From: Endomicrobiia bacterium
Lineage (GTDB): Bacteria; Elusimicrobiota; Endomicrobiia; DTEH01
NCBI GenBank assembly: GCA_039630545.1
Contig: JBCNUU010000003.1
Span: forward strand, 130,679 to 194,678
Length of the DNA stretch: 64,000 nt
Direction: 5' to 3'
Below, one piece after another: positions 51,141 to 61,433 of the stretch. The notes under the pieces were generated by a model. That model saw only the letters and a program-made list of their open reading frames with translations. It searched no databases and was not told where the DNA came from. The position numbers were made by a program, and so were the translations under genes. The number at the start of each line of letters is the position of its first letter. Position 1 is the first letter of the stretch.

Positions 51141-54100
51141 ATGTTTTTGAAATTAAAAAAATTTTGGTTCTTAACGGGGTTGATGTACTTTACACAAATA
51201 CTCTATTCCCTGCCTCAACCGATAACTGATCTTCAAGTTGTTGAAACTAAATTTAGACAGATAAAAATAAAATGGACTTCTCCTTTATCTGAACAACCTA
51301 TATTGTATTATCAGATAAGAGTTTCAACATACAGAGTATTGACTACAGAAGATGACTGGAATAACAACTCTACTGAAACAAGTTATCCTTACATAGTTGA
51401 AATAGAAACATATTCCCTGCAGGGACAAACAATAAGTTATACTTTTACTAATCTTGAAAATTTTAAAACATACTTTTTTGCAATAAAATCCTCAACTTCT
51501 TCAAATAAAGTTCCTCTTTCTTCGATAGACAACAATCCCTTTAGACCCTATGCTCAACCTGTAAATCATGCTCCTTACTGGTTAGAAATAGCACCTGTTT
51601 GGCCTGCTTATGGAGTATTAGTAACTTCAAACAATTTTGTAGGTTTTGACTTTAAAGACGCATATGACGAAGACCTCAACTACGGAGATAGCCTAAAGTA
51701 TGAACTTTATTATTCTACAAAAGCATCTGCTCTTTTTGGTTCAACTCCTCCTTTACTTACTGGAGCATATATCGGAAGTGTATTTGGAGTTACTACAAGT
51801 TATGTTCAAATTTTAGCTAACAATTTTTCTGACAATACAACCTATTATTGGAGAGTTAAAGTAATAGATTATGAAGAAAAATTTAGCTGGTCTATAGATA
51901 ACTCAGATATCTGTAGGTTTATAATAAATCATACTCCAGAAGTTCCTTCTACATTTACACTTATTTTGCCATATTATGGTAAAAAAATCCAAGAAGTTAC
52001 AGACGGTGTTTTTTTTGACTGGACAGAACCTGCTGATAACGATCCTTTTGATAGATTTACTTATTCGTTGTACATGTCTTCACAGTCACAAAATTCTGGC
52101 TTTTCTTTAGTAGCTGGAGATATTGACTGGTCTTCTTATACATTAAGTAGTATTTTTGGAAGTAATTGGGTTGAGAATCAGAAGTATTTTTGGTTTGTAA
52201 AGGCAAAAGATAGTTATTCTTTGACATCTTATTCTTTGACTTATTATTTTGTAATAAATTCTTACGAAGAACCTCCTTATAATAATTCTTTAATTACTCC
52301 AGGTACTACTGTTTATTTCCCTTTTGATGTTTACAATCCGGCTCATGTGCTTTTTACTTTAAAACCTACATTTTATTGGACAGCCTCATCTGATATTGAT
52401 TTAGAGACAACAATTTATTATCAGTTATTCATATCTTCTTTTTCTTCAAATCCAGATGAATTAAATTCTTTATTTTATACAATTTCGCCGATATTTACTA
52501 CATATTACTATTTATCTCTGGATGTGCTTAAAAACAACACAACTTATTACTGGCAGGTAAGAATATGGGATGAACCCTACAGTGGCTATGCAGTTTATTC
52601 TTCCAGTCCTTTTTGGTTTTTTACTTGTACAACTAACACTCCTCCAAAAGCTGCTATTCTTAAAAAACCTCCTGATAACTTTACTACTTCTTATTTTTAT
52701 CCAAAATTTGAATGGGATACAGGGAAAGACGAAGGCTTTAACGCATCCATAAGTTCTCAAGCTTTTATTTTATGGAATAATTTTGAAACAATATATCTGG
52801 CGGGACTTTCTAAAAATACAAGCTTTTATATTCACTCTGTTGCTTTAAGAAACAACACCACATATTTCTGGCAAGTAATCACCTATGACAACGGCTATCC
52901 TCCGCCTCAACTTTCAAGTGGCTCTGCAATTTTTAGTTTCTATATAAAAAATTCATCACCTTTAGCTTTTAATTTGATTTCTCCTCTTAAAGCACAGATA
53001 GTGCAAACTCAAAATATTCAAATTTTCTGGGAGGAAGCATTAGAACCGGACAGCGAGCCTGTAACCTATAAAGTTATTTATTCTTCAGATAACTTTTTAA
53101 GTCTTACTTCTTCTGATGGTATTAAGACTACAAATTTTATAATACCCAACTTAAAAGACAATACAACATATTGGTGGTATGTATGTGCTTATGATGTATG
53201 GGGGTTTAGAAGTTTTTCTTCAACATTTTACTTTATAGTTGATAACATATCCCAAAACCCGCTTGGTTTTAATTTAGTTTCGCCACAGAATAATTTTTTA
53301 AGTTTGTATCCATCTGTCACATTCTACTGGCAGTCAACTTCAGATCCGGATCCCTTTGAGAGTGTGTCTTATGAAGTTATTATTTCAACTGAGCTTTCTT
53401 TAACTCCTGTATACTTTTCAACAAAAACAGAAAACACATATTTTTATGCCGATGAAAAAATACTTAATATAAATACTACATACTACTGGACGGTTGTAGC
53501 TATCTCTTCAAGAAGTGGCCAGAGTTTTGCGTCCAATGGGCCTTTTAAGTTTTCTGTATATAATACAGCTCCTACCAGGCCCATTTTGATTTTTCCTTTA
53601 GACAAACAGATAATTACTAAATCTAGTTGTACTTTAAGTTGGTCAAGATGTGTTGACTTACAGAATGATGAGTTTTATTACGAATTATACATAAGCACCA
53701 ACAATATAAATTTTGAGAAATTTTATTTAAGCTCTGTCCAAAACGAATTTCAAGTTAACCTGATAGATGATACTACCTACTGGTGGTATGTGGTAGTGGT
53801 AGATACCTTTAACAATAAAAACCACTCAGATACTTCTGTCTTTTATACTTCCTACTATAACATAGCGCCTGCAAAGCCAAAAATTCTTCAACCTGTTGAT
53901 GCACAACTGGTAAATTTACCATATATTATACGCTGGAGTAGCTGTTCAGATTCAGATATTTTTGATAGGGTAAACTATAGAATAGAAATTTCTACAGATG
54001 AAAACTTTTTCTATAAAGTTATAGTTAACTCTCAACCTCACACCTCGTATCTTTTAGAAGAATTTAAACTTTCTTTTGGAACTTATTATTTAAGAGTAAT

Positions 54101-55349
54101 AGCTTATGATACTTCTATTTATGAAAGTTATTCAGACACGATAAGTTTTATAATTCCCTTGTATAATGTTCAGTTATTTTCTCCACAAAATCTTCAAACA
54201 ATTACTGCTTTGCCGATTATTTTTAGCTACTCAAAGGTAGAACCTATAGTTTTACACGATACGATTACTTATAAAATAGTTTACTCAAGCAGTAACAAAT
54301 TTGATTTTAAAAATGAAATAAAAACTTTTTCTACATTTTACTTGGTCTGTTTACCACCTATTTTACCTGCTACATATTTTTGGTATATAGAAGTCTCAGA
54401 TTCGCATTTGAACATGTCAAAAAGTCAAATCTATAGTTTTATAATTCCTTATATATTGCCACCTCCATTGTTAGATGTTTCTGTTTCTACTTCTTCTGAA
54501 GGTTTACTGCTTTCATGGGAAAGTTTAAATTTTGAAAATTTCTGGTGTTATAGAATATATAAAGGGTATGAAACAGAAAACATGCAACTTATAGGTTCAA
54601 CAACAGAGCATTTCTTTTTAGATAGATATGGTTTGCAAGGAGAGTTTTATTATACAATAAAGACAGTAAACCAATTTGGCATTGAAAGTGAAAATAATAA
54701 ATACATCAAACTTTTAAATGGTAAACAGGTAGATTTTTATTTTAGTCAGGATAGAATAGTTACTGTATTAATTCCCAAAACAGAAGGTCTTTCCTGGGTG
54801 GATATACAAAAACTTATCCAGTATGAAAACGAAGTATGTCCTTATGTATATGAAATTTTATCTTCAAAAAACAAAACTGACGATTTTTTTCAAATTCAAT
54901 TCATAAAACCACAGGGTATTGAAAACTACTCTATTCAGTATTATGATGGTAATTTATGGCAAGATATGTTTTCTTATGAAGTTCAAGAAAAAATCACAGT
55001 TAATACTCAATATTTAGGCAGGTACCGTTTAGTGTTACTTCAGGCACCAGATAATAAGAGAATTACCATAATTGGTTGTTCACCCACTAAGAAAATAATT
55101 ACTCCCAATAATGATGGTTACAATGACTATATAGAATTCCACTATGAAGTGGGTTCTTACATTATTGGATATTTATACGATGTAAATTTGAAAAAAATCT
55201 GTAAATTAAAAAATAAAGATAAAAATATATTATATTTTGATGGAAAAAATGAAGATGGAAATTTTATTCCTCCGGGAATTTATATTTATTACATAACATC
55301 ACAGTTAGATAATAGAAGTTTCACAGGAACTGTTGTAATCAAATACTGA
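51141..55349 (+). CDS. Large secreted FN3/Ig-like repeat protein with C-terminal gliding-motility/T9SS type-B-like sorting domain
   Basis: Signal peptide; about 11 repeats of ~100 aa ending in (N/D)TTY(Y/F/W)W-x-V-like strands; C-terminus ITPNNDGYND...FDGKNEDG...PGIYIY...GTVVI. Confidence 0.72.
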   Translation: MFLKLKKFWFLTGLMYFTQILYSLPQPITDLQVVETKFRQIKIKWTSPLSEQPILYYQIRVSTYRVLTTEDDWNNNSTETSYPYIVEIETYSLQGQTISYTFTNLENFKTYFFAIKSSTSSNKVPLSSIDNNPFRPYAQPVNHAPYWLEIAPVWPAYGVLVTSNNFVGFDFKDAYDEDLNYGDSLKYELYYSTKASALFGSTPPLLTGAYIGSVFGVTTSYVQILANNFSDNTTYYWRVKVIDYEEKFSWSIDNSDICRFIINHTPEVPSTFTLILPYYGKKIQEVTDGVFFDWTEPADNDPFDRFTYSLYMSSQSQNSGFSLVAGDIDWSSYTLSSIFGSNWVENQKYFWFVKAKDSYSLTSYSLTYYFVINSYEEPPYNNSLITPGTTVYFPFDVYNPAHVLFTLKPTFYWTASSDIDLETTIYYQLFISSFSSNPDELNSLFYTISPIFTTYYYLSLDVLKNNTTYYWQVRIWDEPYSGYAVYSSSPFWFFTCTTNTPPKAAILKKPPDNFTTSYFYPKFEWDTGKDEGFNASISSQAFILWNNFETIYLAGLSKNTSFYIHSVALRNNTTYFWQVITYDNGYPPPQLSSGSAIFSFYIKNSSPLAFNLISPLKAQIVQTQNIQIFWEEALEPDSEPVTYKVIYSSDNFLSLTSSDGIKTTNFIIPNLKDNTTYWWYVCAYDVWGFRSFSSTFYFIVDNISQNPLGFNLVSPQNNFLSLYPSVTFYWQSTSDPDPFESVSYEVIISTELSLTPVYFSTKTENTYFYADEKILNINTTYYWTVVAISSRSGQSFASNGPFKFSVYNTAPTRPILIFPLDKQIITKSSCTLSWSRCVDLQNDEFYYELYISTNNINFEKFYLSSVQNEFQVNLIDDTTYWWYVVVVDTFNNKNHSDTSVFYTSYYNIAPAKPKILQPVDAQLVNLPYIIRWSSCSDSDIFDRVNYRIEISTDENFFYKVIVNSQPHTSYLLEEFKLSFGTYYLRVIAYDTSIYESYSDTISFIIPLYNVQLFSPQNLQTITALPIIFSYSKVEPIVLHDTITYKIVYSSSNKFDFKNEIKTFSTFYLVCLPPILPATYFWYIEVSDSHLNMSKSQIYSFIIPYILPPPLLDVSVSTSSEGLLLSWESLNFENFWCYRIYKGYETENMQLIGSTTEHFFLDRYGLQGEFYYTIKTVNQFGIESENNKYIKLLNGKQVDFYFSQDRIVTVLIPKTEGLSWVDIQKLIQYENEVCPYVYEILSSKNKTDDFFQIQFIKPQGIENYSIQYYDGNLWQDMFSYEVQEKITVNTQYLGRYRLVLLQAPDNKRITIIGCSPTKKIITPNNDGYNDYIEFHYEVGSYIIGYLYDVNLKKICKLKNKDKNILYFDGKNEDGNFIPPGIYIYYITSQLDNRSFTGTVVIKY

Positions 55350-56782
55350 TGAAAAAGAAAGCTATATTATCTTTTATATTTTTTGTAATTTTTAAAACTG
55401 AAATATTTCCTTTTACTGAAATTTCTTTTGTAGGTTATCCGTTTTCTGTAAATAGTGTAGTTATTAATCCTGCAGCAGCTGGATTGCTTAATAATAAGTT
55501 CAATATAGAATTAGGCTATGGATGGTTATATGGAAATGTTTTAGAAAATGCTTTATATACTACCCAGATAGCTTCTGCAGTAAACTTAAAAAAAGTATTT
55601 CTGGGTCTGCTTCAGGAAGCTTTTGTATTAGAAAATATTTATTCAGAAGAAGTTTATATATTAAATTTTGGATGTAAACTTCTTAATAAAAAAATTTTTT
55701 TGGCAAGTGCTTTTAGATATTATGTTTTTAAATATTTCTATGATGAATACTACGAAAACGATCCTTTGAAAGAAGATCGAGTTTTTACATATAATTTTGA
55801 TTTGGGGTTAATATGTGAACTTTTTAATAATCTTTTTGTTTCATTAAGCGGTATAAATATATATGAAAACCGACTCGGAAAAGAAATTAATTTTTTGTTG
55901 CCTAAAAAGTATATTTTTGCTTTGTTTTATAAATATCTTGATGAAGGTTCTTTTAATTTTGAGGTAGATTTTAAACACATACAGATCTCTGACCGGAAAC
56001 AAAATGAACTAAGTTATAAGTTGGGAATATCTCAAAGGGTTTTTTCTTTTAGAAATTTTAGTTTTGACTTATCAGCTTTTTTAAGAAAAGACGGAGATTC
56101 CTTTGGATTTTTTTTCTCATTTTATAATAAATTTCTCAATAAGTTAGGGTTAAGATATATATGGGAGTATCCAGTATCTGATATACAAAAGTTTATAGGC
56201 AACCATTACATTATTTTAGATTTTGAATTTGGAAAAAAAACACAACCTGTTATAGAAGAAAAGTCTCTTACAGAAAAGAAAACATTAAAAGAACAAAAGC
56301 AGTCACAACCCGCATCTATAGATGGGAGTTCTTTATCTAAAGAGCAACTCAAACAAGAAGTTTCAAAACCAGAAATAAAGATATCTACAATTTCACCGAG
56401 CTTCAAAGAGTTAGAAACAAAAACATACCAGTTAACACAAAAATCCACAAATTTCGAAGGGTCTCCGTCTAAAGAAGAAAAAATCGCTTTAGAAAAAAAG
56501 CTTTATTTATTAGATGTTTCGACACATCCCTTAATTTCAAAAACCACACCTTATAAAGAACCTCAACCTAAAAAAGAACAACTACCACCCACCAAACCAC
56601 TTGTTTTATATTATAAATTTCCTTTAGCGCATAAAGTTAAAGAGGGAGAAACTCTTATTAGCATTTCAAAGAAATATTATAATACTGAGAAATACTGGAA
56701 AAAGATATACGAAGCAAACAAAGACAAAATAATAAAAGGAGTCCCAATAGTAGGGGAGATTTTAATAATTCCTGAGCCTTGA
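55349..56782 (+). CDS. PorP/SprF/PorV-like outer-membrane beta-barrel fused to C-terminal LysM
   Basis: Signal peptide, NPAxxG motif, alternating aromatic beta strands ending NHYIILDFEFG, K/E/S/P/T-rich linker, LysM HKVKEGETLISISKKYY...WKKIYEAN...LIIP. Confidence 0.68.
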   Translation: MKKKAILSFIFFVIFKTEIFPFTEISFVGYPFSVNSVVINPAAAGLLNNKFNIELGYGWLYGNVLENALYTTQIASAVNLKKVFLGLLQEAFVLENIYSEEVYILNFGCKLLNKKIFLASAFRYYVFKYFYDEYYENDPLKEDRVFTYNFDLGLICELFNNLFVSLSGINIYENRLGKEINFLLPKKYIFALFYKYLDEGSFNFEVDFKHIQISDRKQNELSYKLGISQRVFSFRNFSFDLSAFLRKDGDSFGFFFSFYNKFLNKLGLRYIWEYPVSDIQKFIGNHYIILDFEFGKKTQPVIEEKSLTEKKTLKEQKQSQPASIDGSSLSKEQLKQEVSKPEIKISTISPSFKELETKTYQLTQKSTNFEGSPSKEEKIALEKKLYLLDVSTHPLISKTTPYKEPQPKKEQLPPTKPLVLYYKFPLAHKVKEGETLISISKKYYNTEKYWKKIYEANKDKIIKGVPIVGEILIIPEP

Positions 56783-56907
56783 ATGGAATGTATACATTGG
56801 TGTTTTAGATTTATACTAAAATTAAAAGTTTATTTACAAAATAATTTTGCTTCTTTAATATCTTTTTGAAAAGTTTTTCAAGAATTTGGAGATTTATTTT
56901 TTACTTG

Positions 56908-56936
56908 TTGCTAAATTAAAAAAATTATAGTAAATT
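56908..56936 (+). promoter_or_regulatory. Possible sigma70-type promoter
   Basis: TTGCTA (56908-56913), 17-nt spacer, TAAATT (56931-56936); SD GGAGGT before ATG 56970. Confidence 0.4.
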
Positions 56937-56969
56937 ATATTAGATAGTTTTTTACGGAGGTGACTTCTT

Positions 56970-57929
56970 ATGGTAGATGAGGAAGAAAAATTTTATAGCT
57001 GGGAGGAAATAGAAAAAGAACTCTCAGAACTTGAACTTCAGTATGGTGACAGTGACGAAATAGTAAAAAATCTCATAACACCGTCAGTGTCAGCATACTG
57101 GAGAAAAAAATTAGAAGAAGAAAAAATTTTATATGAAAAAATGCTGCAAACCAAAGAGGAAGAAAAAAAACAGATTTTGTTAAAATTACAACAGCAACAG
57201 GAAATAATAGAGGATTTAAAAAAACAAATAGAAAAGTTAGAACGAGGAGAATACGAAAAGTTAAAAGACAAATACGAAGAACTTAAACTCAAAGAAATAG
57301 AGATAGAAAAAGAAAAAGAAAAAATTATCTGGCAACAACAAATTCAAGGACTTGAGTTTGATAAAAAAATAATTCAGCAAGAAATTGAAAAGACTAAAAG
57401 AGAGTATGAACAACAAAAACAGGAGTTGCTTGTCTACTATAACAGACAATTTAGTTCTTTATTGGAAGTTCAAAATCAACTGCTTGAAGAAACAAATAGT
57501 TTAGAACAGGAAATTGACAATATAATTAAAGAAACAAAAGAAGAGATTTTAAAAGCAAATAAACAGATAGAAGACTACTCAAAAGAAATAAATAACTTGA
57601 AAACGATTATAGAGAGTATAAAACAAGAAAAAGAAATTATTCTTACAGAAAAAAATAATTTAGTCAAAAAAATAGAAGAAATAAAACAACAATCTTTTCA
57701 AGACAAAAGACAACTTTTGACAGCGATAGTTCAAAATGTTAAAATTTATATAAATGACATAAGAAGTTTATGTGGTTTAATAATAGCTGCTGTTAATTTT
57801 ATGATGAAACATTCAAAATTTAAAAAATCTGCCAGATTTCATCAAGAGCTTATTCTTAACACTGTTCAACGGATAATAAGTATCTTGGATGAAATTATTA
57901 AGTCAATACTTGAATATCCAATAGTATAA
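56970..57929 (+). CDS. Coiled-coil protein with degenerate HisKA/DHp-like C-terminus
   Basis: Long E/K/Q heptad region; C-terminal INDIRSLCGLIIAAVNFM...ELILNTVQRIISILDEII. Confidence 0.6.
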   Translation: MVDEEEKFYSWEEIEKELSELELQYGDSDEIVKNLITPSVSAYWRKKLEEEKILYEKMLQTKEEEKKQILLKLQQQQEIIEDLKKQIEKLERGEYEKLKDKYEELKLKEIEIEKEKEKIIWQQQIQGLEFDKKIIQQEIEKTKREYEQQKQELLVYYNRQFSSLLEVQNQLLEETNSLEQEIDNIIKETKEEILKANKQIEDYSKEINNLKTIIESIKQEKEIILTEKNNLVKKIEEIKQQSFQDKRQLLTAIVQNVKIYINDIRSLCGLIIAAVNFMMKHSKFKKSARFHQELILNTVQRIISILDEIIKSILEYPIV

Positions 57930-57931
57930 AA

Positions 57932-59080
57932 ATGGATGAAAAATTATTATTTGTTTATTCTAAAGAAAAAAGGATATACCTTCCTGAAGTTTTATTTAAA
58001 GAATACCAAATAAGAGCGATACCTTCTAACTTAAAAATATCAAGAGAAATTCTTGAATATAAACCACAGATAATATTATTAGATGAATTTGTACAGTTTG
58101 GGTTAGCGAAAAAAATATGTAACAGGTTTAAATTTATACCGATTGGAATAGTAGGATACTTTGAAAAACCCAAAAAAATTGAAAATTTTTTAGAGTTAGG
58201 CGTGAATATAATAAATCTTAATCAGCCTCAAGAAGAGATAAATTCAACCATAAAAAATCTTTTATGGTTTTCTTTGTCAAAACAAGAGATATGGGATGAA
58301 GAATATAAAATTTCTAAAAGTGAGAACATAAAAGAGAAAATCTGGAACATTTCTAAAATTTTTATTGAAATATTTGTGATTTTATTATTAGTAGTAGGTG
58401 TACCTAAACTTTACAATTTTATTATTTCGCACAAAAAACTTTTTTATGAGTTAGATGTTGGTTATATCACTGCATGTGATGTATGTATTGTGGGAGATAG
58501 ATACATACTTAACGATTGGACATTGAGAAATTTATTTGAATATGGACAAACAAATGATAAGCTTCTTAAGATGTATGTTCCGCAGGAGCAAATAAATTCT
58601 TTATCTGTTAATCACAGCTATGCTGTAGCATTTTCTATGTTTACAGAGAAGATTTATTTATATAAATATCCTGAGTTTTCTTTGATTACATCTACAGAGC
58701 TGTTAAAAAATACAACAGTTTTGTCTATTTATATAGATGAAAACAATCACCTTTATCTTTTAGACAATAAATCCGCATTTTATGAATTTGTAATAAAAGA
58801 TAATAGATTTGTTTTTATTTCATCCTTTGTAATAAAGGAAATTTTTCCTTTGGATGTTGTAGTGAAAAATGAAGATATCTATATTCTTGACAATGCGAAT
58901 AATATACATAGATTGAAAAAAAATAGTTATAAAAAAGAAAAAACTATAGTTTTTTCTCAATTTTTTGATATTAAACAATATAAATTCAGCTCATTTGCTT
59001 TTAGTGAAAGGTGGCTTTATTTAGTAAGTGAAAAAGATAAAAAAGTATTTAAGTTACCTACTAATATCTTGAAAATATAA
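57932..59080 (+). CDS. Membrane protein: degenerate receiver-like N-domain, one TM helix, beta-propeller-like C-domain
   Basis: KPQIILLD and IPIGIV, TM IFIEIFVILLLVVGV, repeated LYLLDN/IYILDN/LYLVSE blades. Confidence 0.55.
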   Translation: MDEKLLFVYSKEKRIYLPEVLFKEYQIRAIPSNLKISREILEYKPQIILLDEFVQFGLAKKICNRFKFIPIGIVGYFEKPKKIENFLELGVNIINLNQPQEEINSTIKNLLWFSLSKQEIWDEEYKISKSENIKEKIWNISKIFIEIFVILLLVVGVPKLYNFIISHKKLFYELDVGYITACDVCIVGDRYILNDWTLRNLFEYGQTNDKLLKMYVPQEQINSLSVNHSYAVAFSMFTEKIYLYKYPEFSLITSTELLKNTTVLSIYIDENNHLYLLDNKSAFYEFVIKDNRFVFISSFVIKEIFPLDVVVKNEDIYILDNANNIHRLKKNSYKKEKTIVFSQFFDIKQYKFSSFAFSERWLYLVSEKDKKVFKLPTNILKI

Positions 59081-59110
59081 AAGCAAAAAACTGAAAGGAG
59101 TAAAATTAAA

Positions 59111-60364
59111 ATGCAGTTATCTCATCTTAAAAAGACAGATATAGAAATTTATGAAGCCTTAAAACAAGAACTTCAAAGACAAAGAGAAAATCTTGAGTTA
59201 ATAGCTTCAGAAAACTTTCCATCTTTAGCAGTTTTAGAAACACAAGGTTCTATTATGGGAAACAAATATGCGGAGGGATATCCCTCTAAACGATATTATG
59301 GTGGATGTCAGTATATGGATGTAGTAGAAACAATAGCAATTGAAAGAGCAAAACTTTTGTTCCATGCAGAACATGCTAATGTTCAACCTCATAGTGGTAC
59401 ACAGGCTAATATGGCTGTGTATTTTGCTGTTCTTAATCCTGGGGACACTATAATGGGTATGCATCTTTCTCATGGAGGTCATCTTTCTCATGGACACCCA
59501 GCAAGTTTTTCAGGAAGATACTACAAAGTTGTCCCCATAAATGTAAGAAAAAAAGATCATCTTATTGATTACAAAGAAATAGAAAAACTAGCTAAAAAAT
59601 ATAAACCAAAACTTATTGTAGCTGGTTCTTCTTCTTATTCAAGAGTTATAGACTGGGAAAAGTTCAGGGAAATATGTGATGAAATTAATGCTTATTTACT
59701 TGCTGATGTGGCACATTATGCTGGTCTTATTGCAGCTGGACTTTATCCTTCACCAGTACCTTATGCTGATTTTGTTACTTTTACAACTCACAAGACATTG
59801 CGTGGTCCAAGAGGTGCTATAATTTTGTGTAAAAAAAAGTTTGCGCATTTAATAGATAGAATGATTTTTCCTGGGATTCAAGGAGGGCCAATGATGCATA
59901 CAATTGCTGCTAAAGCTGTGGCTTTAAAAGAAGCTATGACAGAAGAGTTTAAGTTATATCAAGCAAATGTGTTATCTAACGCCAGAACATTAGCAGAAGA
60001 GCTTGCAAAAAAAGGTTTCAAGATTGTTTCTGGACAAACAGATTGTCATATGTTTTTAGTTGATCTAACTAATTTTAAAATTACGGGCCTAGAGGCACAA
60101 AATATTTTAGAAGCAGCTGGTATTACAGTTAATAAGAATTCTATACCCTATGATCCTAAACCTCCAGCTGAGACATCTGGAATAAGGATAGGCACACCAG
60201 CTGTGACTACAAGAGGTATGAAGCAAAAAGAAATGGTAATAATTGCTGAGTTAATAGAAAAAGTTATAAAATCTCGCGGAAGCAAGAATGTAACTTCTTA
60301 TGTTAGAAATAAAGTTAAGTTACTTTTAGAAAAATTCCCTCTATATAAAGAGTTAAACTATTAA
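59111..60364 (+). CDS. glyA: Serine hydroxymethyltransferase
   Basis: [40 protein letters not shown]. Confidence 0.98.
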   Translation: MQLSHLKKTDIEIYEALKQELQRQRENLELIASENFPSLAVLETQGSIMGNKYAEGYPSKRYYGGCQYMDVVETIAIERAKLLFHAEHANVQPHSGTQANMAVYFAVLNPGDTIMGMHLSHGGHLSHGHPASFSGRYYKVVPINVRKKDHLIDYKEIEKLAKKYKPKLIVAGSSSYSRVIDWEKFREICDEINAYLLADVAHYAGLIAAGLYPSPVPYADFVTFTTHKTLRGPRGAIILCKKKFAHLIDRMIFPGIQGGPMMHTIAAKAVALKEAMTEEFKLYQANVLSNARTLAEELAKKGFKIVSGQTDCHMFLVDLTNFKITGLEAQNILEAAGITVNKNSIPYDPKPPAETSGIRIGTPAVTTRGMKQKEMVIIAELIEKVIKSRGSKNVTSYVRNKVKLLLEKFPLYKELNY

Positions 60365-60377
60365 ACTTAGCTAACTT

Positions 60378-61421
60378 ATGTTTAAAATATATCTAACAGG
60401 TGTTATCTTATCATTTATTTTTTCAGTTTTTTTGGTTCCTTTTTCAAATTTTCTTGCAAAGAAATTTGGAATTTATGACCGCCCATCTAAAAGAAAACTA
60501 AAATATAGAAAACTTACAAGATGGGCAGGTTTTGGAATGTTTTTAGCATTTTTTTTATCTTTAGTAGTTTTAATAAAAATCTTTCCAGAGCTAAAAGATA
60601 TTTTAAATTATAAATATACAATAGATTGGGAAGAATATAAAGAGACAATAAGTATTTCAAAGCAGCTTTTAGGAATATTTTTTGCATCTTTACTTGTAGT
60701 CATAGTAGGAAGTATTGACGACAAATTTGGGCTTTCGGCAGGTGTAAAATTTTTATTTCAGGTAATAACAGCATATTGTGCTATAGATTACGGTGTAAGA
60801 ATTTTAGGAATAACTTTTCCATTCAATGATAGATTTATTGCTTTTCCCAGAATTATAAGTCAGATTGTTACAATTATTTGGCTGTGTAGTTTTATGAATA
60901 TGATAAATCTTATAGATGGTATTGATGGATTAGCTGGAGGAATCGTTTTGATTTCAAGTTTTGCATTTTTTATTATTTCGGTTTTACAACAACAAATGAT
61001 ATCCTCAATTATTTCAAATCAATTGATTTTATCTTCTTTGTTAAGTCTAATTTTGTGTGGAACAGTTGGTGGTTTTTTAGTTTACAATTTTTATCCAGCA
61101 AAACTTTTTATGGGTGATACAGGTGCGTTATTTTTAGGTTTACTTGTAGGGTGTATTACTACTGTAGGGACATTAAAAACAGGTGCTTTGTTGTCTTTTG
61201 TTATACCTGTAATTATAGCAGGTGTTCCATTTTTGGATGTGGCTATGACTATAATAAGAAGAATAAAGAAAAAAGTTAGTATAGGTCTGGCTGACAGACA
61301 TCATATCCATCATATACTGTTATCTTATGGCTGGACAGAAAGAGAAGTTGTTTTGTTTTTCTATGTTATAAGTTTATTTTTGTCAATAATTTCTATTTCG
61401 ATATTAGCGCTTAGGAGGTAA
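60378..61421 (+). CDS. Polyprenyl-phosphate GlcNAc-1-phosphate transferase (WecA/TagO, MraY-like family)
   Basis: GSIDDK, NMINLIDGIDGLAGG, NFYPAKLFMGDTG, DRHHIHH. Confidence 0.92.
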   Translation: MFKIYLTGVILSFIFSVFLVPFSNFLAKKFGIYDRPSKRKLKYRKLTRWAGFGMFLAFFLSLVVLIKIFPELKDILNYKYTIDWEEYKETISISKQLLGIFFASLLVVIVGSIDDKFGLSAGVKFLFQVITAYCAIDYGVRILGITFPFNDRFIAFPRIISQIVTIIWLCSFMNMINLIDGIDGLAGGIVLISSFAFFIISVLQQQMISSIISNQLILSSLLSLILCGTVGGFLVYNFYPAKLFMGDTGALFLGLLVGCITTVGTLKTGALLSFVIPVIIAGVPFLDVAMTIIRRIKKKVSIGLADRHHIHHILLSYGWTEREVVLFFYVISLFLSIISISILALRR

Positions 61422-61433
61422 TTAAACATAAAA

